From contig MU054212.1 of the NCBI GenBank assembly GCA_013239625.1, forward strand, positions 6,918,270-6,982,269: a stretch of 64,000 bases of DNA. The letters are read 5' to 3'. Source of the stretch: Lama guanicoe. Lineage: Eukaryota. Both the position numbers and the translations under genes were made by a program. Under the pieces are notes generated by a model that was given only the letters and a program-made list of their open reading frames with translations, did no database searches and was not told where the DNA came from. Shown in pieces: positions 13,636 to 27,100 of the stretch. Within the stretch, counting starts at the first letter, position 1. Every line of letters begins with the position of its first letter.

Positions 13636-14664
13636 AATAATATTAATTTTAAGACATATATTCTCCATTCAAACAATATCTTCCTAGAAGTGAGAATAAG
13701 CAAGCTTTTAAATGCCTACATTATCTTTTTGGGTGGTTATTTAACCCTAATCTATCCAAAATACTTCTACCAGATGACCCTGAAGGAAAGAAACCTACTA
13801 GAAATAGCATTTCTATCATTAAAATATGATAGTGGCTGTATTACAATAAATGCTTTTGACTCTCTCTTTTGAAAGTTGCCAGGATTTAGAGTTCCTTAAA
13901 GGAAAGTTATAATCCAAAGAAATGATTCAAGGGAGGAAAGTCTTGGAATATAGTCTGCAAGAAAGCTCAACTCTTAGAATACTGGTTTTATTTTAATATA
14001 CACTTTTTACTATCTTATAAGCAATAATGATAACAAGAATAATGATAACAAGAACCACTATTCTAGAACATAAAATGGAATCAGCATTTACTTTTCTTAT
14101 TAAATTATGATCTATATGCTTGCTTATGAGCTATCCCTAAAAAGTCAAGTATTTGTTAAAAAGGAGAAAAGAGTCAACTGCTTTGGATGGTAAGATTTCA
14201 GATGCCATGCATCAATTCTGCTATTCAGTACTCTTCTTTCAAGAACTTTCACTTACTTGATTTGCTATAGTTATTCTATAACAAAATAATCTGCCTTTGG
14301 TATGAAAATAAAATTGACTAGTCATGGAAGTTTAGTAGTCGAAACTACCACCTGAATTAAGAAGTACTAAATAAATAATTTCTTTTGTCTAGCAATTTTG
14401 TTTCAACAAGTGTTAGTTGAATCTTGTCTGGGTTTGACGTACAGTACTGCACAGCAGTGATCTTCCCTATCTTACTGTGTGAAAAAAATTGCAGCTGTAG
14501 TGCCAAGTGTGAATCCCTTAGAAATAATAAGGAAGTAACTGGATATTATAACACATTCTTATAGAACTGCAACTGAATACATGGCTTATCTTTGCCACAC
14601 ACCATCAAAATCTTGCCTGCAACAGTTGATAGAAATATCCTACATGAGTGAAATTTGTTTAGAT

Positions 14665-15534
14665 CAATCATTCTCAAAATTTATTGTTCTCAGGATACAT
14701 TTGTACTCTTAAAAATTATTAAGAAACCCAAAGGGCTTTTGATTATGTAGGTGATATTTACCAATTTGGAAATAAAAACTAATAAATTAGAAAATACACA
14801 TTATTCATTAAAATAGCAATGATAAATACAGTATTTTTATGAAAAACAATTATTATCCATAATAAAAAACTGGTGACAAGAATGGCCTTATTTTACATTT
14901 TTTTCAAATCTCTTTAATATCTGGCTTAATAAAAAAAAAAAGAGATGAATTTCCATATCTGGTTCCACACTGAGTATATTGTCAAAATTCTGGTTATAGT
15001 AATCAAAGAAAAATCCAGCCTCATATATACATACATAGTTGGAAATGGGAGGGCATTTTCATAGACTTTTTAGATAATTGTGGATATTTCTTTGATACTA
15101 CACCAAAACTCAGCAAGTAGTCATTTCTTAAATATTATTTGCAATTTGACCTCTGAAACTACATCAATGAATTTTTCATATTCTGTTAAATTAAAATCCA
15201 TTGGTAACATGCACTGGTCATTTTGAAAATATTAGTTCACTGAGTTAATGCAGATCTTCCACTACTGACATGTCATTGTGCAATATCAAAAAATCACCTT
15301 TGTTAGTATCACCACATATCATCAGAAAACTTAAGTTCTGGGAAGCTTTCAGGCTCACAGTGGCATGCAAAGCTTTCCAAAATTCTAATTTTCACTTGAG
15401 AGCTGAAATGTTTGCATTGGCAACAAGTACCCTACCTTGTTTTCTTTGAAGGGGCAGGCTCATTTTGCTCAAGAAAAGGTATGTCCAATAGTTGAGTCTG
15501 AATGACCACAGTTTGCCTGTCAATTGTTCTTCTA

Positions 15535-15569
<35 letters not shown>

Positions 15570-16010
15570 GATTTTCCTTAAAAATGTGGCTAGTTCAATT
15601 CACAACTCCAAAAATCACACAGGTGTTTTATTTCTAGGGACAGCCTACTTTGTTGTTCAGCAGAAACGTTTTATGTGTACTTCACATTTCATCAGAGGGG
15701 ATATTAAAAAGACATGGACTCCACTGGTGAGATTTAGTACAACTAACACTTACTACATCACCAAGTAAATTCTTAATTAAAGTTGGCCATACAAGTGTCT
15801 GACAGTGAGGATACAATGAGCATCAGTACTACTGTCTGTGCCATTACCTTCACGCACACTAAAGTTCCAGCAGTTGTACCCACCATTGCTTTGGCACTAT
15901 GGGTGCAAATGTCAACTCAGTCCAAAAGACAAATCTTTTTAGTATTATTCTTATAGAACCTGCCTCTCACCCCTCAAATAGTCTCATAGGCCACACTTTG
16001 AGAACTGCTG
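14665..16010. mobile_element. Charlie1-type hAT DNA transposon (internally deleted, ~1.35 kb)
   Basis: Terminal inverted repeats caatcattctcaaa... and ...tttgagaactgctg. Flanking 8-mers gtttagat (14657-14664) and ttttagac (16011-16018) fit a hAT target-site duplication. Confidence 0.85.
15538..15568 (+). repeat. A31 homopolymer inside the Charlie1 element
   Basis: Direct count of the run. Confidence 0.9.
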
Positions 16011-19000
16011 TTTTAGACAATGAAGGACACTGAACACATAGAGGAAATACTGGCTCACTAGTTAAAAATATTTTTCTCAAAACTGAAAACATCCAGTATT
16101 TTCTGAATATGTATATAAGATCTAACGAAACATGGTTATTAATAAGAATTAGAAAAAACCCACAAACAGGGAGTTGGAATAGTCGACCAACTTTAAATCA
16201 TTTAGAAACGAATTCCAATACTATTTAGAAATGAATACTCATTCATTTGTAAAAACTTTGAGTGGACAGAATTTATTTAGATGCAAAATATTCTCGTGAA
16301 TGCAGAAAAGAAAACAAGCCTAGCTAAAAATTCTGCATGAAATTCAGTTACTCAAATATTTATGTGGTGTTTATCAGATTTCTCAGCCTATTATGCAGTT
16401 ATGGTTTTTGACAACTATTTTTTGGAGTATTTGGAGCACATGGTTATCTTACACTTTAATGGTAAAATGGCTACTTATGTCTGGATACACAGCCACTGGC
16501 CATTGCCTGGTAGGTCAAGGCTTTTGGTCAAATCACTGCATGAAAACAATCAGACCTTTAGGCCCACATATCTAAAACTGTGGGATAAGTTAAGAAAAAT
16601 TTGCAGAGAGAATATACTCTGTTTTAGCTATTCAAGTTTCTTTTTCTATTAGGCATTAAAACCTAAGTAAAATGTGCATTCAAATCACACCTGTTTCAGT
16701 TTCTCAAAAGTGCAATTTCAGCTAATTTAAGAATTCATTTCTCTTAGGGATACATTTTACTGGGAGATTTAAGCTAGTGAGATCAGCCTGAGTAAATCAT
16801 GCAGTTAACTGACTTTTGATAATAGAAAAATTTGGCTGGTTGGAAATGCTTAAGGACTGTGGAAGTGCAGAAAGCGGGTGGGTCACTGGAAAGAATTCTG
16901 CTTCTGTAACCAGGAGGCAAAGGCCCCAGTCTCATGTCACTAACTTCAAGTGTCATTTTCTAACTACCTATCCTCGGTCTATTACCCAAAAACAAGAATT
17001 AGAAAGTTGACAGAAATAATAAATCCATGGTTACACTGAAGTATAATGCAGAGAGGTGCTTAAATAGAACCAGCTTTTATATTCTTTCTGTCAGACTCCA
17101 ACCATTAGCTGAAAATTCTTATAAAAATGACATTTGTTTGAGAGGCTGGATAGCAGTGTACTGCTTCCTGTCTACACATGTCAGATTTTAAGCTTCAGAA
17201 AAGCTAAACAATGCTCTGTCCCTGTGGTATGGGAATGCATAATGATATAATCATTTTACTTTGTGGAGAAAAAAAGCCAGTATTACCACTTTAATTCAAC
17301 TGTTAAATACTTTCTTGTTTTCTCTGGAGGCCAGTTGAGGGAACACCACCTCAGTGCATTATTGTATATTCATCACCACCCTTAAGTAACAGTCAAGGCC
17401 TTCCTCCATCTCTGTACCATGTATACCAGCTGATCTTTCTTCCCCAAAACAAATTCCAGCTATAAGATTCCTTAGGTTCAAAGAGGTCTTGTTTTTCGGG
17501 GAATTCCAGGCACTTGTTTCCTGAAGAGGCTCCTCTACTTTGTAGACGGTGAGGAGGGCCATGAAGTGTTTCCTCAGGAAAGTGCCCTGCTTCAGAAACT
17601 CTCACAACCCACGTAGGAAACAGGTGATTTCAAAGGAGCTCAAGGGCTCCCTCAACCCAAGGCCACTTGTGTTATATCCCTCTTTGTCAAATACTGAAAC
17701 AGGCTAACAAGAAAGTCTGGGGAACATATAAGCATTAACGTTTCCTGTTCCAATTCCAGAGGATTATAGCCCTTTAGGGTTCCTTTTAGTTTCACAGTTT
17801 TAATGATCACAAAACGAAATAATGACTCTTGAAAGTGCAATTTAAAACCTGTATCTAAAGCTTTTGAAATATTTGGGTCTTATATATACAACATAAAAAC
17901 AATGATAACCACTATGGAAGAAATTCGAGCACCCTATACAGAGTGCAAAATATTTGTTTATACAAAAGCACTGTGAATAACTACATGTTAAAATTACAAA
18001 TAGAATGTTACGCTATATAAATTTTGAATGACGGAAATGGATAAAATATTTGCATTGTTACAAAACTGATACCAATTTATGTCATATATACATACTATGC
18101 TTAATATAGCTCAAGTTTTTCTATCTTAGAAGTGTATTTGTGTATCTTAGCAAGAGAACCAATTAAATGGATGTGTTCAGTGTATTAATAAAGCATTGTA
18201 TTAATCTGACCATTCTTACTTCATCTCATCGTGGTGTATTATTTTCTAGAAAAAAATACTGTTTCTCCTTTATATTACAGTTTTTCTGTGAATCACTTAT
18301 CCATACTAGATTGTAAGTTAACAGAAGGCAGATTCCTTATTCACTTATCTCTTTTCTACTCCATCCTGAGACAGGATTCCCATCTATTTACAAGCACAAA
18401 CACAACAGAAAAAATATGCTGAAACGAGCTGAGAAAAAAACACACACACAAAGGAAGAAACAAGCGTGGAGCATAAAACAGAATCTATATACTTCCCGCA
18501 AGCAAGTCACAAATATAAGTCTAAGCTTTGTAGCAGACACTACTAAAAAAGGAAACCTGGTCACTTCAGTGTCCTGAAGATCAAACAAACAGAATCTGCA
18601 GGATAAATCCTGTTCACTATTCCTGATACTTAGACCTGACAGAAATTTCTGGTTTTAAAGCAGATACTGTGAATTTAATGGACAACATCCTCTTTATAGT
18701 GAACACAACAATGAGTTTCATTGGAGCCATTTCTTACAGTGACCCTCAAGGTAGTAATTCTATAAAGAAGAGATAATATGTGGTCAGGAACAGCTCTCTG
18801 CTGGTTTAACTCAAAAAGAGATTTTTATAACATCTAAAAGAATAGATAGCTGAATAGCAGTTTAGTTAAAGGCTATTTCTTTCAGTCAAGGTTTCTGTTG
18901 CTACAGGGAGTTTCTGTTCCTGACAATATCTGCAAATGCCTGTGCTGCTAATTACAGAGGGACCAAACACCTCAGCACCTAGCTACGCTGGGCTGACACT

Positions 19001-19649
19001 TCCTTCCTATGACTGGCAGCCCATTTCCATTTGCTCCCCCTGGAGGAGATGTCTCTCCCCTTCTCTGACTACAGGTTCTCTGATGCTTTTACACTTGCAT
19101 TTTCTGTTCACCAGCGAACTTTGTTTTCCTTTCCTTTCTATCCTCCTTACATACCAAAGAGATCATTTATGTCTTCAATATACATTTTGTCTCTCTTGTG
19201 TGTTTAGGTCTCGTGTAACCTATAAAATTCCAGCTCTGAATCAAAACAAAACATAACACAGTTTCCCCTCAAATTTGAGCTGGTACGTAGCATACAAGAA
19301 AGTCACCTACTGCTACCATTACAAATGCAAGGTCTATATGTGAATCTGTTCCCTTAAAAATTTCTTGATATCCTTAACCAGCTACAAATCTGCTTCAATT
19401 TTTTCAACACCAAACCTCTTCATAAACCTCTGGCTTCATCTTACAATATTTTCTGTTTTTATTTAAGGCTCAAACTCACCCATTTAAAAAATGTCTCCCT
19501 TTTCCCAACCCTCTTGCTCTCTCGTGGAAGACAGCTCTTCCATCCAACGTTAGTGTTGCCACCAGGGCTTTGTGTTCCCACTCCACATCCCTGGGGACTT
19601 GGCTTTGCTGATCGTCACTTTTGCTCATATGAAAAGCATTAAGATTTCT

Positions 19650-21160
19650 ACCTCTATCGGATTTCTCTTCTCAGCAAATTAACACGTTCAAAAACCCCCA
19701 GCTAAAAAAAAAATTCTCTTTACTATTTGCCTTTAACTAATTTAGAACTTTCTGACACACTCTATGCTTTTGAAAGAATAATCTATTCAGAATTTTTCTA
19801 CTTTCTCACTTTCTTACTCTTCAGCCCATTTAAATATGGCTTCTGCTGCCTCCACTCAGCTAAACTCATTCAAGTGGCTATGATTTGTTGAATATCTCTA
19901 GCTTCTTTTCCTTTCATGCAATATTTGACATGTTGACTAACCTCTTTTCTGTTGGAATCATTTGTTCAAGCTCTTTACTTTTATAGTGACTCTTAGTTTT
20001 CCTCTTATCTCTTTGGTTGGGACTTCCCACATGGTTCTCTAAATATTCATGCTCATGAAATTCTCATGCTCTCATGAAATATTAGTGCCCCCCAAACTAC
20101 TCCACATCCTTAGCTACCTGCTCTTAGCTCTCAATGCATTTTCCCATTGACACTTCAACAGCAACATTTGTCGATGGTTCCCAAATTCCAGAACAATTCT
20201 TGCTGCTTGTATCCAGAGATGTATATCTAGATCTTACATCTCCATCTGCACAGCACAGGCAACCCAAGTTCAGTATCTCAAAACTGAACTCATGCTCCCA
20301 TTCTGCCATACTTGCTCTTCCTTCTTCTTTGCTCTTGGTAAAACATATTCCCCTTATCCAGCCTCACAAGCCAGAAACCTGAGATTTACTCTCAACTCCT
20401 CTTTCACTGGCTCCTACATTCAATTAGTGACCAAGGTTTCACCATGTCCCATTAGTTTTCCCTCCAAAATTTCTACTTCTTCTTTTATTCATCCCTATTT
20501 GCAGTTCCTCCCTTGTAATCTTTATCATTTCAAGACTGGATTAGGTTAAGAACTTCCTCCCTTGTCTTTCTGCCTCCAAACTTGTTCCTGCTACAAATCA
20601 ATTTTCATGCTGCTGCCCAAGTTACACTCTTTATGAAGAGTCAAAACTGTTGCACTCATTACCACCTTAAAAACCTTTCACTGGCTTCCCTTTCCTTTCA
20701 AGATAATGTTCAAGCATAGTTCAGGGTACCATTTGAATCTCTGCCTTTCCCACAGCTATACACCTTTCACTTTTGCTGACCTGATCTATTCAGGAATGCA
20801 TCATGTTTTCAATAACACTGTTTTTTTTCCTGCCAAGAAATACTATCCAACTTTCTATCATACACTATTTCTAATTGGGTAGTGCCTATTTATTCTTGAA
20901 AACGTACATGAAAATTGAGTTCAAAGTCATCTCCTTGGGGAAACCCTCCATGGCCTCTATTTTGATATAGGTGCCTCTTCTTCTTGCCCTGTTCAATTCT
21001 CTCCTCATTTATCACCTTGTACTTGTTGGTTTTCCTCATTCCACTTTTCTGTCCAGACTGAAGCTCAAGGAAGTCACATTGCAATGGTAACAATTTTACA
21101 TCCACATTTCAGCACAATGTCTGGCACATGTTAGTCATTCAAGTGATGTTTAAGGAATAT
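19650..21160 (+). mobile_element. Long L2 LINE remnant (3' part)
   Basis: Pyrimidine-rich L2 motifs (atttgacatgttgac, caaaactgaactcat, aaaacctttcactggcttccc), ending cagactgaagctc...cagcacaatgtctggcacatgttagtcattcaag. Confidence 0.75.
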
Positions 21161-24100
21161 ACTACTTGATAAAATACTAAAGCACTAAATAAAACACATT
21201 GTTCTGAGAAATATATAGCAGCATGGAAAATGATCTTCTGCTAAGTGAAAAACCATGTATTAAACTGTAGGTACACAGTCATCATAGCTTGATAAAATTA
21301 CAGATGTAGCGAAGAAAGAGCATAAAATTCATTTAAATGTTAGTGGCTGAATTATGGATTTGAGTTCATTGACAACTTTTCTCTTTTCAGAGTAATTTCA
21401 GTAAATACTGTTATTAAATGGTCTTAATTCAAATAATAATACACTATGCTTTGTCCTCTGGTTGGCATTACCTGCTTAATAAAAGTTCAACTGTGTATCA
21501 TTCCTCTTTTATTCTACTTTCTGTCATAACACAAAGGAAATATACCCCAAGTATGGATTTATAAAAAACAACAAAATAGTCTCTATTCCCCCAAAAGTTT
21601 TCAACACAGAGGTATAGAGCAGTGTTTACCAATCAAATTGTTTATGCAGATAACAGCATCTAGATTGGCTTGTAACTAAGTGCAGTGGAAACTATCATTC
21701 ACCTCTGATGAACCAAGCAGATAGCATATGCAAATCTCAGAGCTGCGTAATAGCTTTTTCTGGACCTCTAACTTCAGTTTCCTTTCAGAATATTAGTTTT
21801 AACACCACTAGTCTACAAACTTCATGGACATTAACTAACCAGATTTTGTTTTGTTCGGTTCTTTTTTGGGGGGGGTGGAGGTTAGTTTTTCTGGAAGAGA
21901 GTTTTTTTCAGGACATAAATAATAATAAATATATTACATGCAAATGCCTGTTCTTTATAACACCAAATTATGGGACTTAAGAGACTATCCAAATTAAGTA
22001 GGCAATTTTTGTTGTCTTGGACTGTCAAATGACCTTTATATAAAACATTTAAGAATATGACTTGAAAAATGAGTTTACAATAAATTTTTATTAAGTGAGT
22101 CCACCATCTATTTTACTTTAAAACATCATTTTTTCCTACTGAGTTTTTAAAATTTGTGTAATCTTTTATTTTGCTGATTTGCTACCAACAGTCTAGATAT
22201 AAAAGTTGTATTTCATATCATACACAGGTACTTAATTTTTCTATTCATATTTACAAAGCCCTTCTTTATTTCCCTTTATCTGTAAAGAAAAGAGAGAAGA
22301 AAATTTTCCTGTACTTTTTCTAACTAGATTATGATTATTAGTAATTTTTCACTAATACAATAAATCAGTAATTTTTATACATTTAAGTAGCTCCAGTATA
22401 ATGCAGCATGATGATTCATGTTAATAATAAAATATAATCCACTGAGTCATACTTAGTTTCTCAAAGACAGTTTGAAGAAAAACAAATTTAAAATTAGAAA
22501 TTACATCTTCTTTTGTCTACTGTATTGTTAGAATTTTTTAATGCACTACTGTTGTTACTCAGAATCATGCATTTCAATCTCAAACATGTGTCACAGAATG
22601 TGGCCTACTTCAATTATTTCCTGATATATCAATTACATGAATTAAATTAATAAAACTTTTAAGCATACATGCAATCACAACACAGTTGGGATATGAAAGT
22701 CAGGTACAATTTACATTCATGCACATGGGTATCCGCAAATTTCCCTTAAATGTATAAAACAGAGTAAAAACTTTTACTGTATGGCTTAAATTGTGACAGT
22801 ATTGTGAGGTAATCTCATTCTACTGTTGGCCAATGCCTCCTGTCTATGACAATAGCTTGCTATCAAATATAAGACCCTTATTCTGGGAGGTTAATGTGAG
22901 GTAGGAACTCCATTCAGTGTTATTTTGGCTTAAGGGCATAATGTCACAATTTGGTGCATCCTCTGATGACTTTTTTTTCCTAAAGGCAGCTTACAGCTTA
23001 GCCCTAGTTCAGCGAATTTCCTTGTAAGGTCCTTGGAAGACTGGAGGAAAAAAAGAACAATTGATTGCGTGGCCAAATTTCTGTTCATGCCTGCTTACTG
23101 ATTTTTGTTCATTTCACAAATAAACAAGGCATGAATACATCAACCCACAAACCATAAACAATAAAGAACTTCATCCTGTAAGTTTGCTACGGCCAGCAGT
23201 TTGTGGCTGAATCTGCTATTTGTCATAAGATAAATGATAAAGTGATTGCCATTTGTCACTGAATACACAAGAGGAGTGCTCAGCTGTGAACCACTCAAAT
23301 GCAGACAACAGTAAATATTGCCATTCTTATTACTAACTTCCTTTTAAAGGGCCCCCTAACACCAAGAAAATAAAAATAGATTAGTATTTTGGGTAAAAAT
23401 TCTTAATTCTTTTAACTGAAGGAGAAAAACCACAGACTAAGCACTAAGCACCCGAATACTCCCAGTTAAAAACCTTGTAGTTACTGCAACATGAATGCAT
23501 GCAAACACAGGCCATCTTTTATAAAGCAAGGTGTTTTATAAAGTTGAGAGTTGAATTTAATTTATATGTATTGTTCCCATTTTTGTACCGTTCAGTGATT
23601 TTTTAATACAAACTTTTTTATGTTTCTGAGAATCACTGGTGCTTGACGGCTTTCAACTATATTAATAGAGGTTATAACAGCGCCCATACGTTAATGTGGT
23701 CTGTGTTTTATCTAAACTCTGATTGAATTTAGGGAGTGCCTAAATTCTGTGTTGCTATACTTGCTGCCAACTACATAAACTTTATTAATTTCTTTGGAGA
23801 GCTACCCAACAACAAAATAGGAAAACATAAAATGCAAATGACATATCAACAAAAAGAAGTGACTGCTCGTGAAACTCCTAAGCTATAACATTCTTTAGTG
23901 GCAAGCACTACACCAAACAAGGAGACAGCACTACCATGACAGCACCTACACTACAATGAAAACGTTCAAAATGTAGAGCTTATAGGTAGAAGAGCATAAG
24001 AAGTTACAGAATTTGGGGGCTTGTGTCACTGTGACTTGTAAGAAAAAAAGCAAAAATGCAAAATAGCTGACACACATTGAGATTTTAAAAAATGTTTATA

Positions 24101-27100
24101 ACTCTCAGTTTTATCATGGAATATATCACTTTTCACAAGAGAACTCAGATTAAATAACACATAACCTGAAATATCTTTACACCATTAGACACGGTTCCTT
24201 CAAGATTAAGGTTGAAATACCCTGGTGGAGAAATGTAGGGAAGTATGCACTTTATAGTATCTTTAAATCCAAGCTGAATAACAAGTAGAAAAATAAGTAT
24301 TTAGCCGTAGATATTTCCAGATGCCAACCTTTTAAATTCAAGTTAACGTAATATTTACAAAGCCCTACAGTAAAATTAAATTCTTTGAGAAATTAAATTA
24401 TAAATTTGTCTTTTTACCTGTAGTCCAATATAATGAATTTCAAAATCTTAACTATAAATATATTTGAAGTAACACTTTAAAAATATCACTCTTTATGTCT
24501 TATGCTAAGGCACACTAGAAATCTTTCAAATCTATGAAGCTCGGAATTGAGATTTCCTGACATAAGCTAATAAATTTTTCATCAAGTGCTAATAGATGAA
24601 AATGACCAGTTAGATCACAGGAACATATGTGTAAGGTCTCTTATTCTAAATGTCAACATTATATATCAAATAAAATTTTATAAATATTTGTTTAAATAGT
24701 TATTGCTCTATCATATATTACTGTGGTGCATAGAAAAGGCATTATTCTAAAATCATTTAATATGATTGTTAATTTCTGTCTATTAAAATGTAAAATCATT
24801 AACATTTATGGTTGACACGTATATGAATCATGAGTTTACACTAATGTCTGTTCAAATAGTATACTTGCATTTGGTTTAATGATCAATTCTCAAATAGAAG
24901 GAGCTAATGCTGTTGTTTTTAAAAACTCAAATATAAACCATGTATTTCCCCGTTTTCATTACATCATACAGACACTTGTTTCTCATGTTTTTTCTCTAAA
25001 GAATTCATTTCTGTTTATTTCTGCATTATCTACCAGCCACTTTATTTTTCTATCTTGATAAATCTATTTTTTAATGGATTAGTTTATTTCACTGATATAT
25101 GCATTTTACTGCCTCGACAACATTCAAAATACTGTTTCACGGGCATTTTTTTTTTGGGTGTACAAACAGAAAACAGAAAAAGGAAAGGCTGACTTTTCGG
25201 CTTTTGACAGGAGTCTTGTATAAGTGGAAGACTTTTAATTCTCAAATTGTTTCACTTCAATAACTCTTTTAAAGTTGTTGCGCCAAGATGCCTGGCAGAT
25301 TAAGCTCCATTGCCTTTTCTTGTTTTGAACTAATGTATTCTTGATCACCGTTTAATGAAACTATATACCACATGGAGATTTCACATTAGATAAGCCATGT
25401 GAAACCCTCATCAGACAAGTAGCTCTGGCTGGTGGTAATCCTTCAGATGAAAATTTCAGACTAGCAGGTTTTCCAATTTAAATGAGCCCCTTTAACTATA
25501 AAAAATTGGCACGGTATGATTGCTAAAAATTATTTTTAAATTTTTATGTTGCCAAAGTGCCCTGGTGGCTGTGAAAAACAGAAATACTGCCGTAAATACA
25601 GAAAACATTAACTGGTCACTGAGGGGATCCAATTTACAACCCATAGAGACAACTCACACAGCTCACTGACACTGGCACTATTGGGTTTGTGATAGGGCAT
25701 TCAGCTCTGCTCCCCCCACACAGAGCGAAACTCATCTTAAATATGCAATTAAATAGATTTATTCTACAAGTTTCTCTAGTCAGTGGTTATTACTCACTCT
25801 TACTTCATTGCACTCTGATCTATAGAATTTTCATGATGTGTTCAGGTAGCCTTTAGGAAGCAACAGAACTTATTATGAATTTTCAATGAAAAATTACTTT
25901 TGGGGGATTAACATGTGCTATTTCATTTTTGATTAAAGTGATTCCCCATTTATGTTAAAAGACTTGTCTATTCTCTGTTTTTACTCTAACCTAGAACCAC
26001 TGGGCCCATTAATATTTCTGTAGCTTGAATTATAACTAGCAAAAATAAGTTATTTTCAGCTTAAGTTTGATTTGTAGGTTTGGATTTCAAACAAGAAGAA
26101 AAGGTAATATGTTTAGATTTGTTTTCAGTGAATATGATAAATTTTTTCCAACTATCACAAATGTCAATAACTTGTGTACAGGCATGGAATATATCAAGAG
26201 TTATTCTCTTTGTTCATAGTAGGTAATATTAGCAGATACCAGTTTGAAAAGAGTACTGATGATATATTTACTTTGGAATACCACTGCCATCTAACTATGA
26301 AATATAGTAAAATGTCATTTTACAAAGGAAATGGGAAAAAGGAAAAGTGTTACTCAAAATACAAACAAAGGTGACTACTTGCAAGGAACCAAAAGTTATG
26401 ATTGAATGATTCACATATGAGGAATAATCAATGAAATCAATAGTTTTATGCAAGCAGTGAAGACAGAACAAGAACCTGGACAAGAAGTCAGTTGAAAACA
26501 TATGCATTACTTTCATCAATATAGTTATAAACTAATCAGAAAGTGAAAAACCTGGTACGTTTAAAAAAGCAGGCTGTCGTAGCCAAAGGAGTTCAACTGG
26601 GTCCTTTTCCAAATACTAGACTTGTATTTCTTTGGCGGGGCAAGGGGAGCATTTCACAGACTCAGAATCACGTAGGACCCTGTCTTATGAATCAACGCCC
26701 TCCAGTTAGGTTTCCAATATAGATGAATCAGAAATAATCAGAATATATTCTGTAATATTGTGTAATTTTATAGTTTACTAAACAAATGACGGAAAATATG
26801 TATGGTTGTTAGTATGAAACATTACAAACTAAAAAAAAAAAAAATTCTTTCAAGGAGCAGAGTGGCCATCATTTAGGTTTACTTAACCTGCTCACAGTTA
26901 CTTAATGAAATCAGATCACCGTGGTGGTTCTGCCTCTTGTAACTAGCTGCACTCAAGTGAGACAGAATAGAAAGGTTAATTTGCAACTACACCAGACCGC
27001 AAAGACCCAAGCAGAGAACTGGACACAGTCTTTACTCCCTGGAGTAAGACAACAGCAACCTTGTAAAGAGACTCATCAAATCTGGGTTAAATGTGCAGGG

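Noticed and set aside
14023..14052. Tandem 15-bp duplication aataatgataacaag x2
   Set aside because: An ordinary slippage duplication with two copies and no spacers, so not an array.
26563..26575. aaaaaagcaggct resembling part of a Gateway attB1 site (vector contamination)
   Set aside because: Only 13 bp including an A-run, with no other vector sequence or partner site, so most likely chance.
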